The notes beneath the pieces were generated by a model. It made no database searches, was not told where the DNA came from, and was given only the letters and a program-made list of their open reading frames with translations. The position numbers and the translations under genes were made by a program. From assembly GCA_051362555.1 (NCBI GenBank), contig CM120640.1, forward strand, positions 42,944,788 through 43,008,787: a DNA stretch of 64,000 nucleotides, in the 5' to 3' direction. This document shows positions 13,973 through 28,750 of this stretch, piece by piece. Numbering within the stretch: the stretch's first letter is position 1; each line of letters opens with the position of its first letter. Source of the stretch: Lingula anatina (lineage: Eukaryota; Animalia; Brachiopoda).

Positions 13973-16900
13973 CTTCTCCTGCTCAGAAAGACTAGAACCA
14001 ACACCTCCAGGACTGCGTGCCCATCTTAGTTACTGACCTGAAAAACACAGAAACATATACAACACATGAAAGGTTTAATTATAAAACCAACACTCATCTT
14101 AAAAATAAGTCATGATTGAAAAAATAATTTTGCAATGAAATGTATATATAATATTCTTGTGAATAAAATTCAAATATTTCATTTGTGTGACAGAACTCGA
14201 CAATATTTTGAACTGTAGAAATGGCTGTTAAAAGAGAGAATAGTCTAAAGTGCAGACAACCATGGTACTGGAATCAACAATGAAAATAACTGCCCCTGAT
14301 CAACAAGTCTTTATAAATTGCAAAAACATATTCTCTCTCTCAAGCCTGAATCTCATTACCAAATATATGTGATATTTGTTCCTATTCCTAAGAGAATTGA
14401 ATTGTTTGTCAATAAACCAAAACATATAACCACAAATACTTCAAAACAAAACCTTTCTTGGAGGAAAATAAATACAGCCAATTGTCATTGCTGACAGAAT
14501 AAATTGTCTGACACCATCTCTCCTTAGATAACAGAGCACTAAGAAAAAACAATTTAGAACCTGGTGCAAAAATTCTATGCCCAAAAAAAGGTGAGAAAAG
14601 GAAGCAATTGTTTAATTGTCCAAATTATTTAACCTAAACCTGCTCAAGGCAAATTATCTCACAATGGTTAACAATTTCCTTGAAAAATTTATCACCACAT
14701 CTTACGTAATTCTAAGAAAAAAAATAAAATGACTCAAAATTTTCTAGAAAATTCTATGCACATGGGGAAATAAAACAAGCCAGTTAAGCTGGCAACTGTA
14801 TAGACACCCTGTCTGGCTTTATATATTGAAAAAGACTATTGTACATTGAATAATTGCAACTTCAATTATGCCCTGCACATAAGACACCAAGACATTTGAA
14901 GAAAAAGATATTTTCAATCCATTTTGTGTCTGGTTATTCTCAGTGATTTAAGAGAGAAGGTGCATCAAACATTAATTTACAGGGCCGTTCCACAGTATTT
15001 TGGAAAATCAAATTTACACTTAACCAAAAAAGTTTGGAAGCATGGTTATTTTCAATAATTATAAAATAACCATGTGAGTTAAGGTAAATATTTTAACCAA
15101 ATATTGATGCATCATGCACCTACCATTTGTTACTTTTTTATATACAATGAAGATTTTTTTCACTTCATTACATAGTTTCTTTATTTACTGAAAAATAATT
15201 CCATTTCCATGTTTCCAAACTATTTTGATCGTGTGTGTGTGTGTTTTCAATATATAATAAGCCCTTCTCTCTCTCCCTCTCTCTATCTGTAAGATTTCTG
15301 AGAGGGGAAGATCCAAGTCTGATGTTGTCTAGAAGAGGTGATACTCCGGCATTATAACTTCATTCTAGCTGGTTTGGACAATAATACTAGTAGATATGGT
15401 GCATGCCAAAGTGACAGGGTGCATGTAAGCCATCCAAAATCATGTGACAAAGGATTATCTCTGAATCCCATTCGTTAAGCATGTGATTAATTTATAAATC
15501 CCTACCAATGTCTTCCAACAAGTATGACTCCAAAAGCTTCCAACAGTTCTATCAACTATGCAAAAATGTATTTCCTTGAAAATAAAGGATACCAAAAGAC
15601 ATACATATTTTCTGTATTGATTTGTTTACCAATTAAGTTTTTCACTTGTTTTCCTAGAGTGCAAATGCACTATGAAAACTACCATTTACAAACTACTTTT
15701 ATGGATGGAAATAATCTCTCTATTCATTCAGGATGCAAAACTCATGGTTGTTCAAAATTCAGTCAGAGTGCTTAGAGTACCCATTCTGTGTACTATTTTG
15801 TAGGGACAGAAATCCCTTAGTGAGTACTTCTCCTAAAAAAGACAAAAAGAAGGCAATATGCATTTTATTTAAATTTATTATTATTATTATTTTTTTTTTT
15901 TTTGAAAATGTGCACCTTGCAAACTGTGACAGGCTTAGTAAGTATACAAATATTATTTAGGTGATAAATATATACCATTTTTGTTGAATAATAAGATTGT
16001 TTGAAAGTGTCCCTGATGAACATTATAACCCTTATACTGTGATTAGAAAGTCATGTACTAGTATATAACATTTTAATAGTTCATATTAATTAAATGTATT
16101 TTGGAACCTGTCATAAATAAAGCAGTTGCTTTTAATGAAAACTGACATCATTTCACATAGTAAAAAGTGAGCAAAAGAAAAAATGGCCTTTAATCCTTAG
16201 CAATGGAAACACTTCCCAGAAACAAAGGACATGATTCAAAACCTCAATGCATTTGCTATTTACCAGTACATATTTATATTTCAGAGAAAATCTTTTTTTC
16301 ACATAAGTGTTCTACAACTAGACTGCATTGCTGACAAAAGTAACTATTTCTCAGAAATCACAATGAAGTTTATGTCAGAACACTCATTAATTTCCAAGGA
16401 CTTTATGAAGAGATATAGCAACAAATTAATAAGCAATCATGGTATTTGCTCCATCCAAGCTGTTGACCTGTCTATGAACCACAAAGAACTTAGGAAAGCA
16501 TGTCATGACTAGGATTATGGGCACTCTTATTTCTGTGAATATTCTTGGATTTTTACACATCTGTATTGCCACAGATGCTACCAACTGTAGACATTTTCCA
16601 ATCATTGGAATAATTTTAACACTTCTGTTTCTATTTAGAGCTAAACTCATTTAAAGACATTGAAATGTTGTACAATTCAATATATAGCAGTTATTTTTTT
16701 AAGTTTTATTGCCTACATCTACCTTTTAACACTTTTCAAATTAAAACCTTTCTGAAGTTTGTACTCTAAGTGGCAATATCAATAGTTTCTATGTTAAAAT
16801 AACCAAGTTTAAATATCATATGTAGGAATATGCCAGATGAGCACATGAGATTCATTGTATCACTATGTAAATGGTGCTTCATTGCATAATTTTTTTCTCT

Positions 16901-18893
16901 TTTAATATTCAGTTGGCCATTCTTAAATTTGGTATCCAAGTAATAATCCATAATATGTCTGGTATTTAGTTGTTTATTTATAAGCTAACTTTGCACTTTT
17001 GTATGGTGCTAAAGTACAGGTTGGGGATCTGTACTGTCTAGAGCAACAGAAATTACAAAAACAGTGCATGAGTGCAAACTGTCAAGAACATGAACCGCCA
17101 TGAATACTCTAGCTTTTATTGAAGAACTTATGTCTCAACACTCAATGATGACTTGAGAGGCTGTGTGGACTTTAAAATAGATCTAAAGCACAATCACCAC
17201 CTAAATTGTTACTATTAATTTTTTCAAATCATGTCCTGTAATTCTATCCTGGTAATCTAAGTAACATAACATATATAATATAACAACATCTTCCCATGTT
17301 CAGCTACTACTGTATCAATGTGTGACTCCAGCAATTTATATAACGGCTTTGTGCAAACAACCTCCAAAATAGTCAGTGTACAAGATACATATATACCTTG
17401 GTGTAAACTGTTGCCTTGATGGAATTGAATGTTACCTTATATACCTAGTTCACGCAACATTTTATTAAACCATATACTCAATTTATCATTTACCTGCCAT
17501 AATGCCAATAATATTTAAGTCAACTTGATAATAAAGGATGAGAACATCCAATAAGATTTTGAATTTAATCAATTACATAAATAATAAAGTAAAAAGATTT
17601 CTCAAAACAATTCTGTTCATTACTATTACCAATGTGCTCTGAAAATTTTTCTATCAGCAGTCATTTAAGCTACTTAAACATTAGTAATGTATCTTCTGCC
17701 AATTATTGCATGTTAACAATGTAAATATCTCAAACATTTCATTTAAATAACAATCATTCAGCTATTTTACTTGCAGAGGTGAAAACTGTTTTTTGGCGAT
17801 TATGTATAATAAAGTAACTAACCAAAGTCAAGTCTTCAAAACAAAAAAAATAATAATAATAATAGTAATAATAATAATACAAGGCTGTCCATCACGTCCA
17901 TTAAATCACCAAAGTTGGATGTTGCACACTGACAGCCTATCATAATTTGTCCATCTTTCTGAGGCCATCTTTTGATAAAAGTGGCCTGTTTACTTTGTGT
18001 GCAAGACATTTACACATAATATTTCCAAAATGTCTTTTAAAAGATTCCAGGTAAAAAACATTTTTGACACTGATAATACCTATACTTTATACTTATAAGT
18101 TATTTAAGTTTCGATATCTTTATTGACAAATTTAATTTTGCTTTATGTTAGTTAACATTTCGATAAAGTTACCAACTTAATACATTGACAGCCAGGTATA
18201 TTCTGAGGACAAATGCCCAACACCATTGTAGCTAATGAAATTTATTCAAAATGTGTATGTGATCAGAAACAATGCTCATAAGACAGCACAATCAAACCTA
18301 AGTCTAGACAATGGGCTTATACATAGGAAGGGGTTTTCATGTAGAGTTTGGGAAAATAAGCACCAGTAACCACAGAAATGTCTTCTGCTTTATCAGTAGA
18401 TTTTCAGACCTACTTAATGCATGAAGCATAACTGACATGGCATGTTACATCTCACATCCTTATCACAACACACCTACCGCCTAACACTAGTATTGAGGCA
18501 TAGCTATATTGTATAAACCACTAAAAATTGCATACCAGGGCACACAAATAACAAATATTAAGGTTTCAATTTTCTGGTGGGTAAAATACCTGCTGCATAA
18601 ACGCCTTTATGGTTTCAGGTGAGACCAAATTATGTTAATTACATTCCCATGCCCGTTTTACTCCACTAAGATTTGTGGCAACTGCTCATTTGGCAGGGCG
18701 CCCACTACGGCAAGATATTAACAGCACACGTCGCCTTCTTACCATCAATACACACAGAAAGACATTATATATATCAACAGACTAAAAAAAGTCCACTAGA
18801 AGAAAAGAATCCACACTTCACCAGTCTGTCAGTGTCAGAGTAGACAGAGACAGTCGCTAGTTTGGCTCTAAGGTTTCTCAACCTTAAACGTAC

Positions 18894-19620
18894 CTATCTG
18901 CCCAGTAATCTAGTGTCCTACCTATCCGGAGAGCAATAAGGTTATATGGTAGGCTAAGAACCCTACTGATCTCCTGTCTGTTAGGGCTGAGATCTTGCTG
19001 AGTCTTCCACGTTTCTGTTCACTACAGAGCTAGTCACACGCTCTTCTCCATTTCGGTTCGTAAACGAGGCTGTGACACAAATCCTAACAAACAAAACACC
19101 CAGACCCACCTGATTAACTCATTTGATTTGCTTCATCGCCTTGGTTGCACTTTCTTCGAGATGCAGCTGTCAAATTCTCCTAAGATTTAGGCATCCTTCG
19201 CTGAGTCCCGCCTTTGCATAAAATTCCGCAATACATAAAAAGATGCCTGGGAACCGTACGAATTATTCCGTAACCCACAATGGAAATCCAAGGTTGAACT
19301 GGTGCGCAATGCAAGTGCGCATAGGGACATCCCTTTATAAGTGACGTAAAAGAAGAGTTAATGCCTGGGAAATCATTCCAAGATATCGATCACTGCTTAG
19401 CTAAGTGCAAAAGTCTTTTTCACAAACAAAGATACTGTTGGCTGCTTCTGACACATATTAAGAGCATATCAGTGTGGATTTTTTTTTGCACGACATACCT
19501 CGCCAAGTAAATGACGAATGCAGGCAGGCTGTCTCAACTAGCGCATGCCAACTGGACCTAATCTAATGTGTCAACTGCACCTGATCAAAGAAAACCATGT
19601 GCGACGAGTGAGTCGCGTGT
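18894..19620 (-). promoter_or_regulatory. SHOC2: Probable SHOC2 promoter and non-coding first exon
   Basis: Local CpG-rich patch in otherwise CpG-poor DNA. NRF1-like TGCGCA/GCGCATGC motifs (~19303-19321, 19541-19548) and a CRE-like TGACGT (19342-19347). Donor AG|GTACGT at 18894 could splice to the acceptor at 14037. TSS not determinable. Confidence 0.55.
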
Positions 19621-21370
19621 GGCTTGTAAATGTTTCAATATAGTATTTCTGACGTTGCAGTGCAGTTTTAAAACAAAAATACATCGAAATGAATTAAAGA
19701 AATGGGAAAATGATAAAAGAAGAGTGTTGATATTCATTACAGTTCCATTGGTACATGTAATATTCTGTAAACAAAAGCTAGCTAGGTTATATCCAAAAAT
19801 GTCGTTTATTTATTTTTTTACAATACTAATAGTGTTTTTTTTTTCACATTCTCCATGTTTTTACACATCTTTATTATTTTTAAAACCTGAAATGCACTGT
19901 AAATTTCCTCAACCGATGCAAAACCTTTTATATATAAATGAAAAAGCCTTAATTGCTGATAGCATTCCTCAAAACTAAAGAGCAAAAACCCGTTCGTTTT
20001 TTTATTATTATTATTATTTTTTTTAATTTAATGGCTTGATTATCAGTGCCACCTGGCCTTGCCCTGTCCAACATCTCAAAAAATAAATACATAATTATAT
20101 ATTACTGATTTTTTTAAATTCAAAAAACAGAAATAGGTTAATATTTAAAAGAAGAGGATCCTTTTTCACCACATTACAGAAATTATCAGTCAGTCGACAC
20201 AGAAGGAGAGGAAGTAACTTCCTTTGCTGTCAAAAGAATTTCTATGAAAAAGGGGGAATTTTGGAAATATATTTCACAGTAAGGGAGTACATAAATTTTG
20301 CTTCTGTGTGCTTTTATGCTTTGAATTAATTTTGTTGTGGAAAAGAGAGGGGAAGGCTCAATGGACTCATGCCAAAACTCACTGTAGTATTTGGTATGAT
20401 AAATATACTTTTGACAACTTTTATTTATAAAAAAATTGTGAAAGGTACCTTAATTCAAAATTGAACACCTTTCTTTGTGCCATTGCCAGCAGCTGAGATG
20501 ATTGGGTTCTCTGAAATTCTAAAAGCTGGAAAGGGTTAATTCAATAAACAAATACACAGTACAATATTACTAAATCAATTAAAGCTTTATTTTACCCACA
20601 GAAATTCAAATTACAAGTTATAGCAGTGAACAAAAGAATATGCTTTGATGACATATATGCATGTGTATCTTTTCTGTGTGTGTGGATAAGAAAAAGGAGG
20701 ACACATGCTTTTGCTTCAGCTATGATCTTTTTTCTTTCCATGCCAAGAGAAGTATGGTTAATATAAAGTTTACCATTGGCTCACCTCTTATGTACCAACC
20801 TCCCTCAGCAAAATCGTGGATCCCAGATCAACAATTACTGTTAAATAATGGGAAAAAATGTTTTGAAGACTTTGTTATATTTTGTAACACTATTATAAGA
20901 TCAGTCATGATAACTGAAATGATAGTTCTGTTATAACTATTCAAATTAAATATCATCAAAATTAGTTGCACTCATTTTTTCAGCTTATTTCATCTTCAGT
21001 CTAACCAAAGGTCTAGAATGAATCATAAATGTAATCAACAACAGATGTAAGCTGACATGTACATGTAGGCACAGACACATAATTGCTCACCTTGGGCCAC
21101 TATATAAGAATTATGTAACTTAAATCGAGTTTGTATATAAAATACGAATACACACAGTGCAAGGATAAAATCATAATTTATCTTACTCAGCAGATAAATA
21201 CTTAGAGACAATAGCATGAGATACAGTGGAGTATTTTAATTACCAAAACCACCACTGATTTACAGTCTTTTTGTTCTATCACAGTTATTTCTGCCACACT
21301 CTAGAGACCTTACTAGTGATGCATTTTGTTACAAGGCACATTAAACAGTCCAAGGGGCAGCAAAAGATGT

Positions 21371-24300
21371 TTACAAAAACACAGGTTTCTCATTAGCATA
21401 TCTCAGCACCATTCTTATCTCTTCAATTAACTCCTTCACCAAGTCTGAAAAACCTGCATCTTCCTGACATTTGGAGAAATCCACATACATTTTCCCAGCA
21501 ACAAATCTCCCCATCCAACCACATGGTTTAAATGATCTTTTCATCTTCATTGGCAACACAGACTTCTGCAGGTCAAAGGCATATTCAGCTTCTGAAAGCA
21601 ACACAAAAATGTATTTGGCATGAAACTTGGATAAATAAAATACCCAAGCATAAAACTACCATTAGATTTGCTTAATAACAGTAATTATGTTACTTTAATG
21701 TCTATGTAAATAGAGACAGCAAGAGGGGGTTCGGTGTGGAAAAAAATGTCTCGCATCATCTCTTAAAGCACTATCCCAACATCACTGTTCTCAGTTGCAA
21801 TGTCAGAAATACTCATTAGAAATATATTGATCAGATATTTTTCTTTTTACCACCAAATGAATAGGTGGCTGTCATCAAGCAAAATTCTAGTGTTGTGCTG
21901 ATAAATTTTGTTACTAGTACAACAAGATGTTTGTTTTTGATACCATTGATTTGAATGTGGGCCATAGACCTATAAAGAAATCAAATGGGGCCTTCGTAAT
22001 TGATGTAACCAAATAAAAAGACAAAGGCTTTGAAACACCATTCCTTGTCTTTTTAACATGGTGCTTCACATTTTATCAAAGGGCACAATTTTATAAATGT
22101 TTTGAAATTATTAGAACCTCACACGGCCACACATATAATTTACCTGATCTACAGCGAGCACTGGTGTGATACCTGTGGTCCATTGCCATCAGCACCATGG
22201 TTGACTGTTCAATGGCTTCTGTTGCTGCCCCAAAGGACATCTCATCTTCCGCCATCCAAACTCTCAGGCCTTCTTGATGCAGAGCTTCACAAACCAGCTT
22301 GGTAACAGGCCTACTCTCTGGGTGATAGCTTAGCATGACATCATATCTCCATCCACTGGGCCTTGGGCTTCCTTCATAAATAGAACAATAAGTGTTTCTT
22401 ACCATGTGTCTGAAAAGGCATGGTGTTCTTATTTTACCTTGATCACCAAGTGTGTTAAACTTCAATCATATGGAATTTTCAATCACAGGTTGCTTATGCT
22501 TTAAATTTCAAAAGCATCTTTTATTGTATGATATTGTACCTCTTGGTCTGAAGTGCTCCTCAAGTACTTTGTTGATTTTTTCTTGGGTCTTGTGCAGTTC
22601 AAATAAAGCTCCTTGTGCATAGTGCCTCAATTCCTTGCAGGTGTCATGTTCAACTTGCTCCAACATTGCCACCAGATTTTCATCATCTCTCATCACTTGC
22701 TTATTATCTCTCTGAAATGCTAAAAGCCAGGTGAGCTTGGATGACAGCAGTTTTTCCTCTGAACCTCCAGAACGCAAGAGAGAGGTAATAATGGGAACTA
22801 TCCCATCATAGACCAAGATGACCTTGTTGGCATCATTCATGGCCACTTGGCACAGACCCCTCAGTAGTTCTATGGAGGAGAATCCACCAGCTCTAAGATC
22901 TGTGTGATACAAACAGTCCTCAAGAGTATCCAAAATAAAACGGATCACGCCAGCTTTGGAATCTGCTCTCACTAAATGTGAATTGTCTTCATCAACAAGA
23001 AAAGCAATGGCTAAAGTGGCAACAGCTTTGATCTTATTACATTTGATGTCTGCTTTACAATAATGCAGTAGGTCGTTGATGATCCTTAGATCTGACATCT
23101 GTTCTTGGTTGCTTTCAAACTGGACACAATTGAAGATTATGTTGCAAATGGATAATATAACATCCTTTATGTTCTGTAAAGAAAAATGCAGATTCATTCA
23201 GAATTTCTCTTTCAATGCCCATTTGTAGTGCCATATGATTATAGAAATATAATGTCTTAATGGATGTGATAAAATAAATTGCATCTAATATATCTGTTTA
23301 GTGCACCTTACTTAAAATACATGTATTTACATTTGAACTTATATAGTATGCCCTAAAATACCTTATTCTAAGGAAGGACTCAAAACCATTTAAGCAAATA
23401 CCTCATCAATATTCAGCTTGTCCTTGAAGTCTGGATTTTTCAAAATATCTTGCAAGGTGCTAAACATGCCTGCATCTCTCAGTTTATTAGAGAAAAGTTC
23501 AGAGACATCAGTGTAGTTCCAGGCATTATGCAGAAGTAGTTTCACAAACTCCCACTCTCTGTGGGATTCGTTGGTATTCTGCGCTCTTTCACTGGACTCC
23601 ACAAACTTTTCACAAATTACTTCTGGCACACTGATAGCGGCTAATAGCTTCCCTACAACCTCCTGAACTTCAGCTGAGGAGGTTTTGTACAGGATGAGGA
23701 AAAACTCGAGGTCCTTTCTGCTTAGACTGGTAACTCTCAATTTCTCCATGTCATTTTCCACCTGCCTGGGATCATGGTAGTGGATGAATGCAAGTGCATT
23801 CCAGGATCGGCGCTTCATTTCGGCCTCTGAATCACGGCAAGTAACGTAGGGTATAAGAACAGGAACAACTCTAGCCTCTTCAAAGAATGGCATATTGCAC
23901 TGGTACTGAGCTACACCATGCAATGCAGACAAACAGTGTTCAACAATGGTAGACTCCTGTAAGGTAAAAAAGGTTACAAATTACTAAATCCAATATATAT
24001 ATATATAGCAATTTTGTAAATGTCTATTCTTTGTGAACATCTGATTGTCTAAAATTGTCTCCTAGATGTTTATTTTTCTTGTCAATAACTTATTGATTTA
24101 GATCTTAAGCCTTTTTCACAAAAAGTTTCAAGTTTTTTAAGCTTCGCATTTACTGTTTAAGTTGCATAGCCTGCTAAATAAAATGACATGACTATGACTA
24201 GAGTTTCAAATCCAGCAAATCTATTATTTAATTATTTAAGTAAGCTTTCTTTGATGATTCAAATACTACATAAATTTCTCCTGTAGCTAGCAGCATCCTT

Positions 24301-25217
24301 TTCATCTTTTTTTATTTAACTACATGTACAAGGTATGTCATTTAAATATACTCCCATATATAATGCACTCAATACAAAACATTACAGAATTTGATTTTCT
24401 TGCTTGGAATTTGTAACAATATAAATGCAATTATCAAATAATCCAATCTCTGCTTTGGCTAATAGAACACATTCAAGACAGGCCATATTAGACCTATTTG
24501 GTTCAACCTTTTCAAATCCTAAATATTTTATAATGTAGCTATCAAAGAAACACCAATGGTATACATCAAGGATGCACTTACCCGACTGGAAAGTTCCTTG
24601 GGATCAAACTTGTCATAACTAAGTACTTTCATCAGACTCTTAACAGCCCCGTTTTTGCAAGCCTCATGAGAAAAGGCCTCAGAAACCAAGGCTAGGTTGT
24701 TGAGGTTAGCTATGGTAGGTTTAAACCTGCTGAATTCAGAATCATTCCTCAGGTTTTCTACATTCAACACTAGTCTCTGTAACTGTTCAGTATGTGTTAC
24801 AGCACCCCCTGTGACTGCCAGATAATCTCCTAACACCTTCTCCTCTTCTGAGTTTGCACTATTCCACATATTGTTCACAAAATCAAGTTCTTCTTCCCCA
24901 AGGCCTATTGCAGGGAAGCTTCCTACTATTTCCCTCACATTCAAGTGGCCAGCATGTTTACAACCATAAACATGTGCAAAAGTCAAAAAGGAAGAATAGC
25001 GTAGTGGGGAATCAACAACCTTCAACTTTGCATAGAATCCTAAGTGAGGGAAAAGGCCTGGTACCAGAATATGGGTTTTATCTGGACTCCTGGCCGAATG
25101 ATGAATAATGCTGAGGCAGACCTGGAGGAGGCGTAGCACATTCTGAAAACATGGCATTTAATAGTAAATGTTGGTAAAACAAACTAATAAAAAACAATGT
25201 TATAAAAATATAAATCC

Positions 25218-25251
<34 letters not shown>

Positions 25252-28200
25252 TAATGGGGAGTTGGGAGTGGGGAGTTGTCTTTTCACTGAAATATTTTCA
25301 TTACATGTGCATGTTCAAGTATGACTAATTGTATATATATATATGGAAAAGATAATCTTAAATACACACAAGCCAAAGCATTCCTTTTAACATCAAAGCC
25401 TTAAAATTTATACTCATAGTTTTACTAGGAAATGCTAGCAATATGCAATAAAAACACCCAGCATTAGAGTCTAAAACTTAAGAACTTTTAAGAAAAGCCA
25501 ATATGTACTTCTTCCCCTCTTCTTAATTTGTAAGTTTCATTTCCTATCACAGTCTTGACAGTCTCAATGACTTGCAGCCTGCACACTTTCTCAGCAAACA
25601 GGATGCTTTTATCTGTGAACAGATGTAGGATGGCTAAGGTGCGGTGGAGCTGATCCCACATGTCTCCATGAAAGTCAACTTCTCCTAAAAGTGAAAATGA
25701 AAGGAACATCCACTTATGTATCACAAAGATGTTTTAATGATATTTTCTGAAAAGTGAACCCTTAAAATTAATAAAACAAGGTGACAAAGCAAAATGAATG
25801 ATTCAATCATTGCAATTACAAGAAATGTTCTCCCCTCCCCCCTTTTCCTCACTGATAACATGTATAACTGCAGGTGATATGTATTGTCACTACTGTGATT
25901 ATATGAAAAGTTTATCAAAATGAAAATATTTAACTTACTGGACTCCATAAGAAATAAACAAACCTCGAAAATTATTATGTAACATTTAATATGAAATATA
26001 TTCACCAAACCAAACTCACAAACTTTATCTTAAAGTCAACTCTGCTATTTTTTTGCTTGAAATAATGCAGGGAGCATTTAATCTTTATACAGCAAAAATT
26101 AATTTTCCTGAAAATTTCAGCAATTTTCCCCTTTCACCAAGGTATATGACCCATCTAAAACTGTTAAGAAAATTACAATCTATAAAACAGCTTTCGAGTT
26201 CTAAACTTTCTAATTTTTACTTACCAAACTGATATTCACCATCAATGAAAAGAGCATCTCATACACAAGAAATTTCAAACTATAAAAGAGTTTGTAGTTC
26301 ATAATTCATGGTGTTAAATTTTCCAGGAAAACTTATTTTGCTAACACTTATTGCCTGCCTGAAGAACTAGCAAGGCAACGAGGATATACATGTACCTGAT
26401 AAGTGGGTGGCCAGATTTTCAACCAAAATACCAGGAATGTTTGTCTTGGCTAAAAAGTTTGCAAGTGACTTTCCTTCCTTTTTATAAGCAAGATAAGTGG
26501 CTAGAAATAAATCCACATCCTCCAATGTGAACTCATATTCAACCTTCTCACGTTTTGCAGTGATATTTGCCAGAATCAGAATTGACATCCCTTTGATATT
26601 TTGGTTTTGTGACGAAAGATAGAACTTGGTAGCTTCCTCGATCTTCAGTGAGCGAAACCATTTTGCCCAACTATTAAGGCTTGAAATGCTATGCAAAGTG
26701 CTGACAGACCATGTTAATACCTCTTTTGCTTTCTGGAAGAAAACATTTCATTTGTGTTTGTAAACGTACATGCTGAGTACGATTTCAATAAACAAATGCA
26801 GTCACAAGTGAGTGAAATGAATAACTTTTTATATAAATAGTTATCAGGTTGCTTCAACAAGCTACCCAGTGGTTGCATCTCAGATAAAATGAAAGATACA
26901 TTTTCAAGAACATTTTTATGAGAATTATTTTTCCACTTTTCAATATAAATGAAATAATCGTATCAAATAAACTAACTAAATATCTTATTCTCATAGTCTG
27001 ATCAATAGAGGGCAAGTAAAAAAAATACCCTCGAAAGGGACACTGTATACATATACTTAAAGGTGTTCAATCTCAACTGGCAATTACAACTTCACAAAGT
27101 GTACCTAGATGTGAAGTTCATTAAATCCCAGTGGCAAACCTTAAACATCTTTCTTAAATTTTACTGACATCTTCAAAGGCAACTTATACAAAAAACACTC
27201 TCCATTGTGGGATTACTTACATCATTTCTCATGTAGGCTTCTTTGATCTGTTGGTTTGTGATAATGTCTAGTAGCGCCTCAACTATACCCACTTCACACA
27301 ATGCCACACAAAAACTCTCACTGTATTTGCTGATGGCTGAAATCTTACTGAACCATTCCTTCACAGCCTCCCACATCTGACCATCTCGGTTAAAGGCCAG
27401 CCAGCGGTTCTTGTCTTTCAGCCTAAAGAGATTTTGACAACTATGTAATAAATCAGTAAAGCAAATCTTCTTTAAAAACACTGATGGTTACATAAATAAG
27501 ACATTTTGACATGATTAATAAGGCATAAGATTTTTAGCATACGTAATGAGTGTTGCCCAGGTATTGCGTTTTAATTTTTAATCTTGATATTATTGGTTGA
27601 GTAACTTTTATTATGAAACTATATTAAAATCCTCACCAGGATTTGATGTTTTCCGTGAAGACTTTTGGCATTCCAATCTCTTGCAAATGTTCTCCTTCTT
27701 TCTCTGCCATTTTCTCTGGCGCCAGAACCCCCAGTAATCCACCTAGCAAGCTAGTTAGGCCTTCACTCAGCTCTGACAGGTAACCAGATGCAGCAAGAGA
27801 CTGTGCCTCTTCTTCATTTGTATTAGCAGCTACAATAAACAACATGGTGTGTTAAAAAAATACATCCAGATGTCATTATTTTGTAGATCTATATTTACTC
27901 TGAATGCTCAGCACAAGAAGTTACAGCCAAGAAATGTACAGAGCAAGGAAGAGGTGGCATTAAATAATTCTGATCATTGTCTGTAAATACAATATGAGAA
28001 TGTGTATTTCTGTCAATCGTTTTCTATGAGGAGCAGTGTGTTAAACATGTATGGTACTTACACTGGTCATCTGCAGAAGGGGGTGGAGGAGGTGGTTGTG
28101 AGGGTCTGCACGAAGCTGACGGAGTACGGTTGGCAGCTGGCTTCATTTCCTTTTCAAGTTCCTCGTTTTCTTCTGTGTGCACATTTTCTGTCATATGTGA

Positions 28201-28661
28201 TGTCCTTTGCCTGCGAGCAGTTAAGCTGTCTTTCAGCATCATGAAAAACATGCTTTTCCCAGCTTTATTCTTGGTTTCGTGGTGCTTACATTTCATAAAC
28301 CCTTCAAATATCTGCTGACAGCTGCCCTTCATTTCTACTGAGAGAGAACTGTAGCATGTTGGAAACAGTTCCATCACCCATGCAAATGTGTCACCAATAT
28401 GCTAGAAAGAAGAAGTTAATTTTTCAGTTTAAAGTATATATGGATAGCTGTGTATAGCTTTCATCTTGGCTTATGAATGTGTCTTGAAATGCTCAAAGAC
28501 CACAGCAGTGGTGTCCAGTTTTGCAAAGATTTATACTGCAAATGTTTATGAACATTTATACAGTGTAAGTGTCTTAATATACATGTAGCACTTTAATTTA
28601 TAGTCCATATTATTTGAAGCTACAGCTGGTTGGAAAGTTTCCTTGCACATGCACGCACTCA

Positions 28662-28750
<89 letters not shown>

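Noticed and set aside
19568-19978. 136-aa plus-strand ORF next to the SHOC2 promoter
   Set aside because: GTG start, AT-rich low-complexity translation, no recognisable domain or splice context.
22403-22409. Apparent 7-nt microexon CAG|ACACATG|GTAAGA in ARM-TIR
   Set aside because: Breaks phase and would leave only a ~31-nt intron; the direct 22540/22371 join is in frame.
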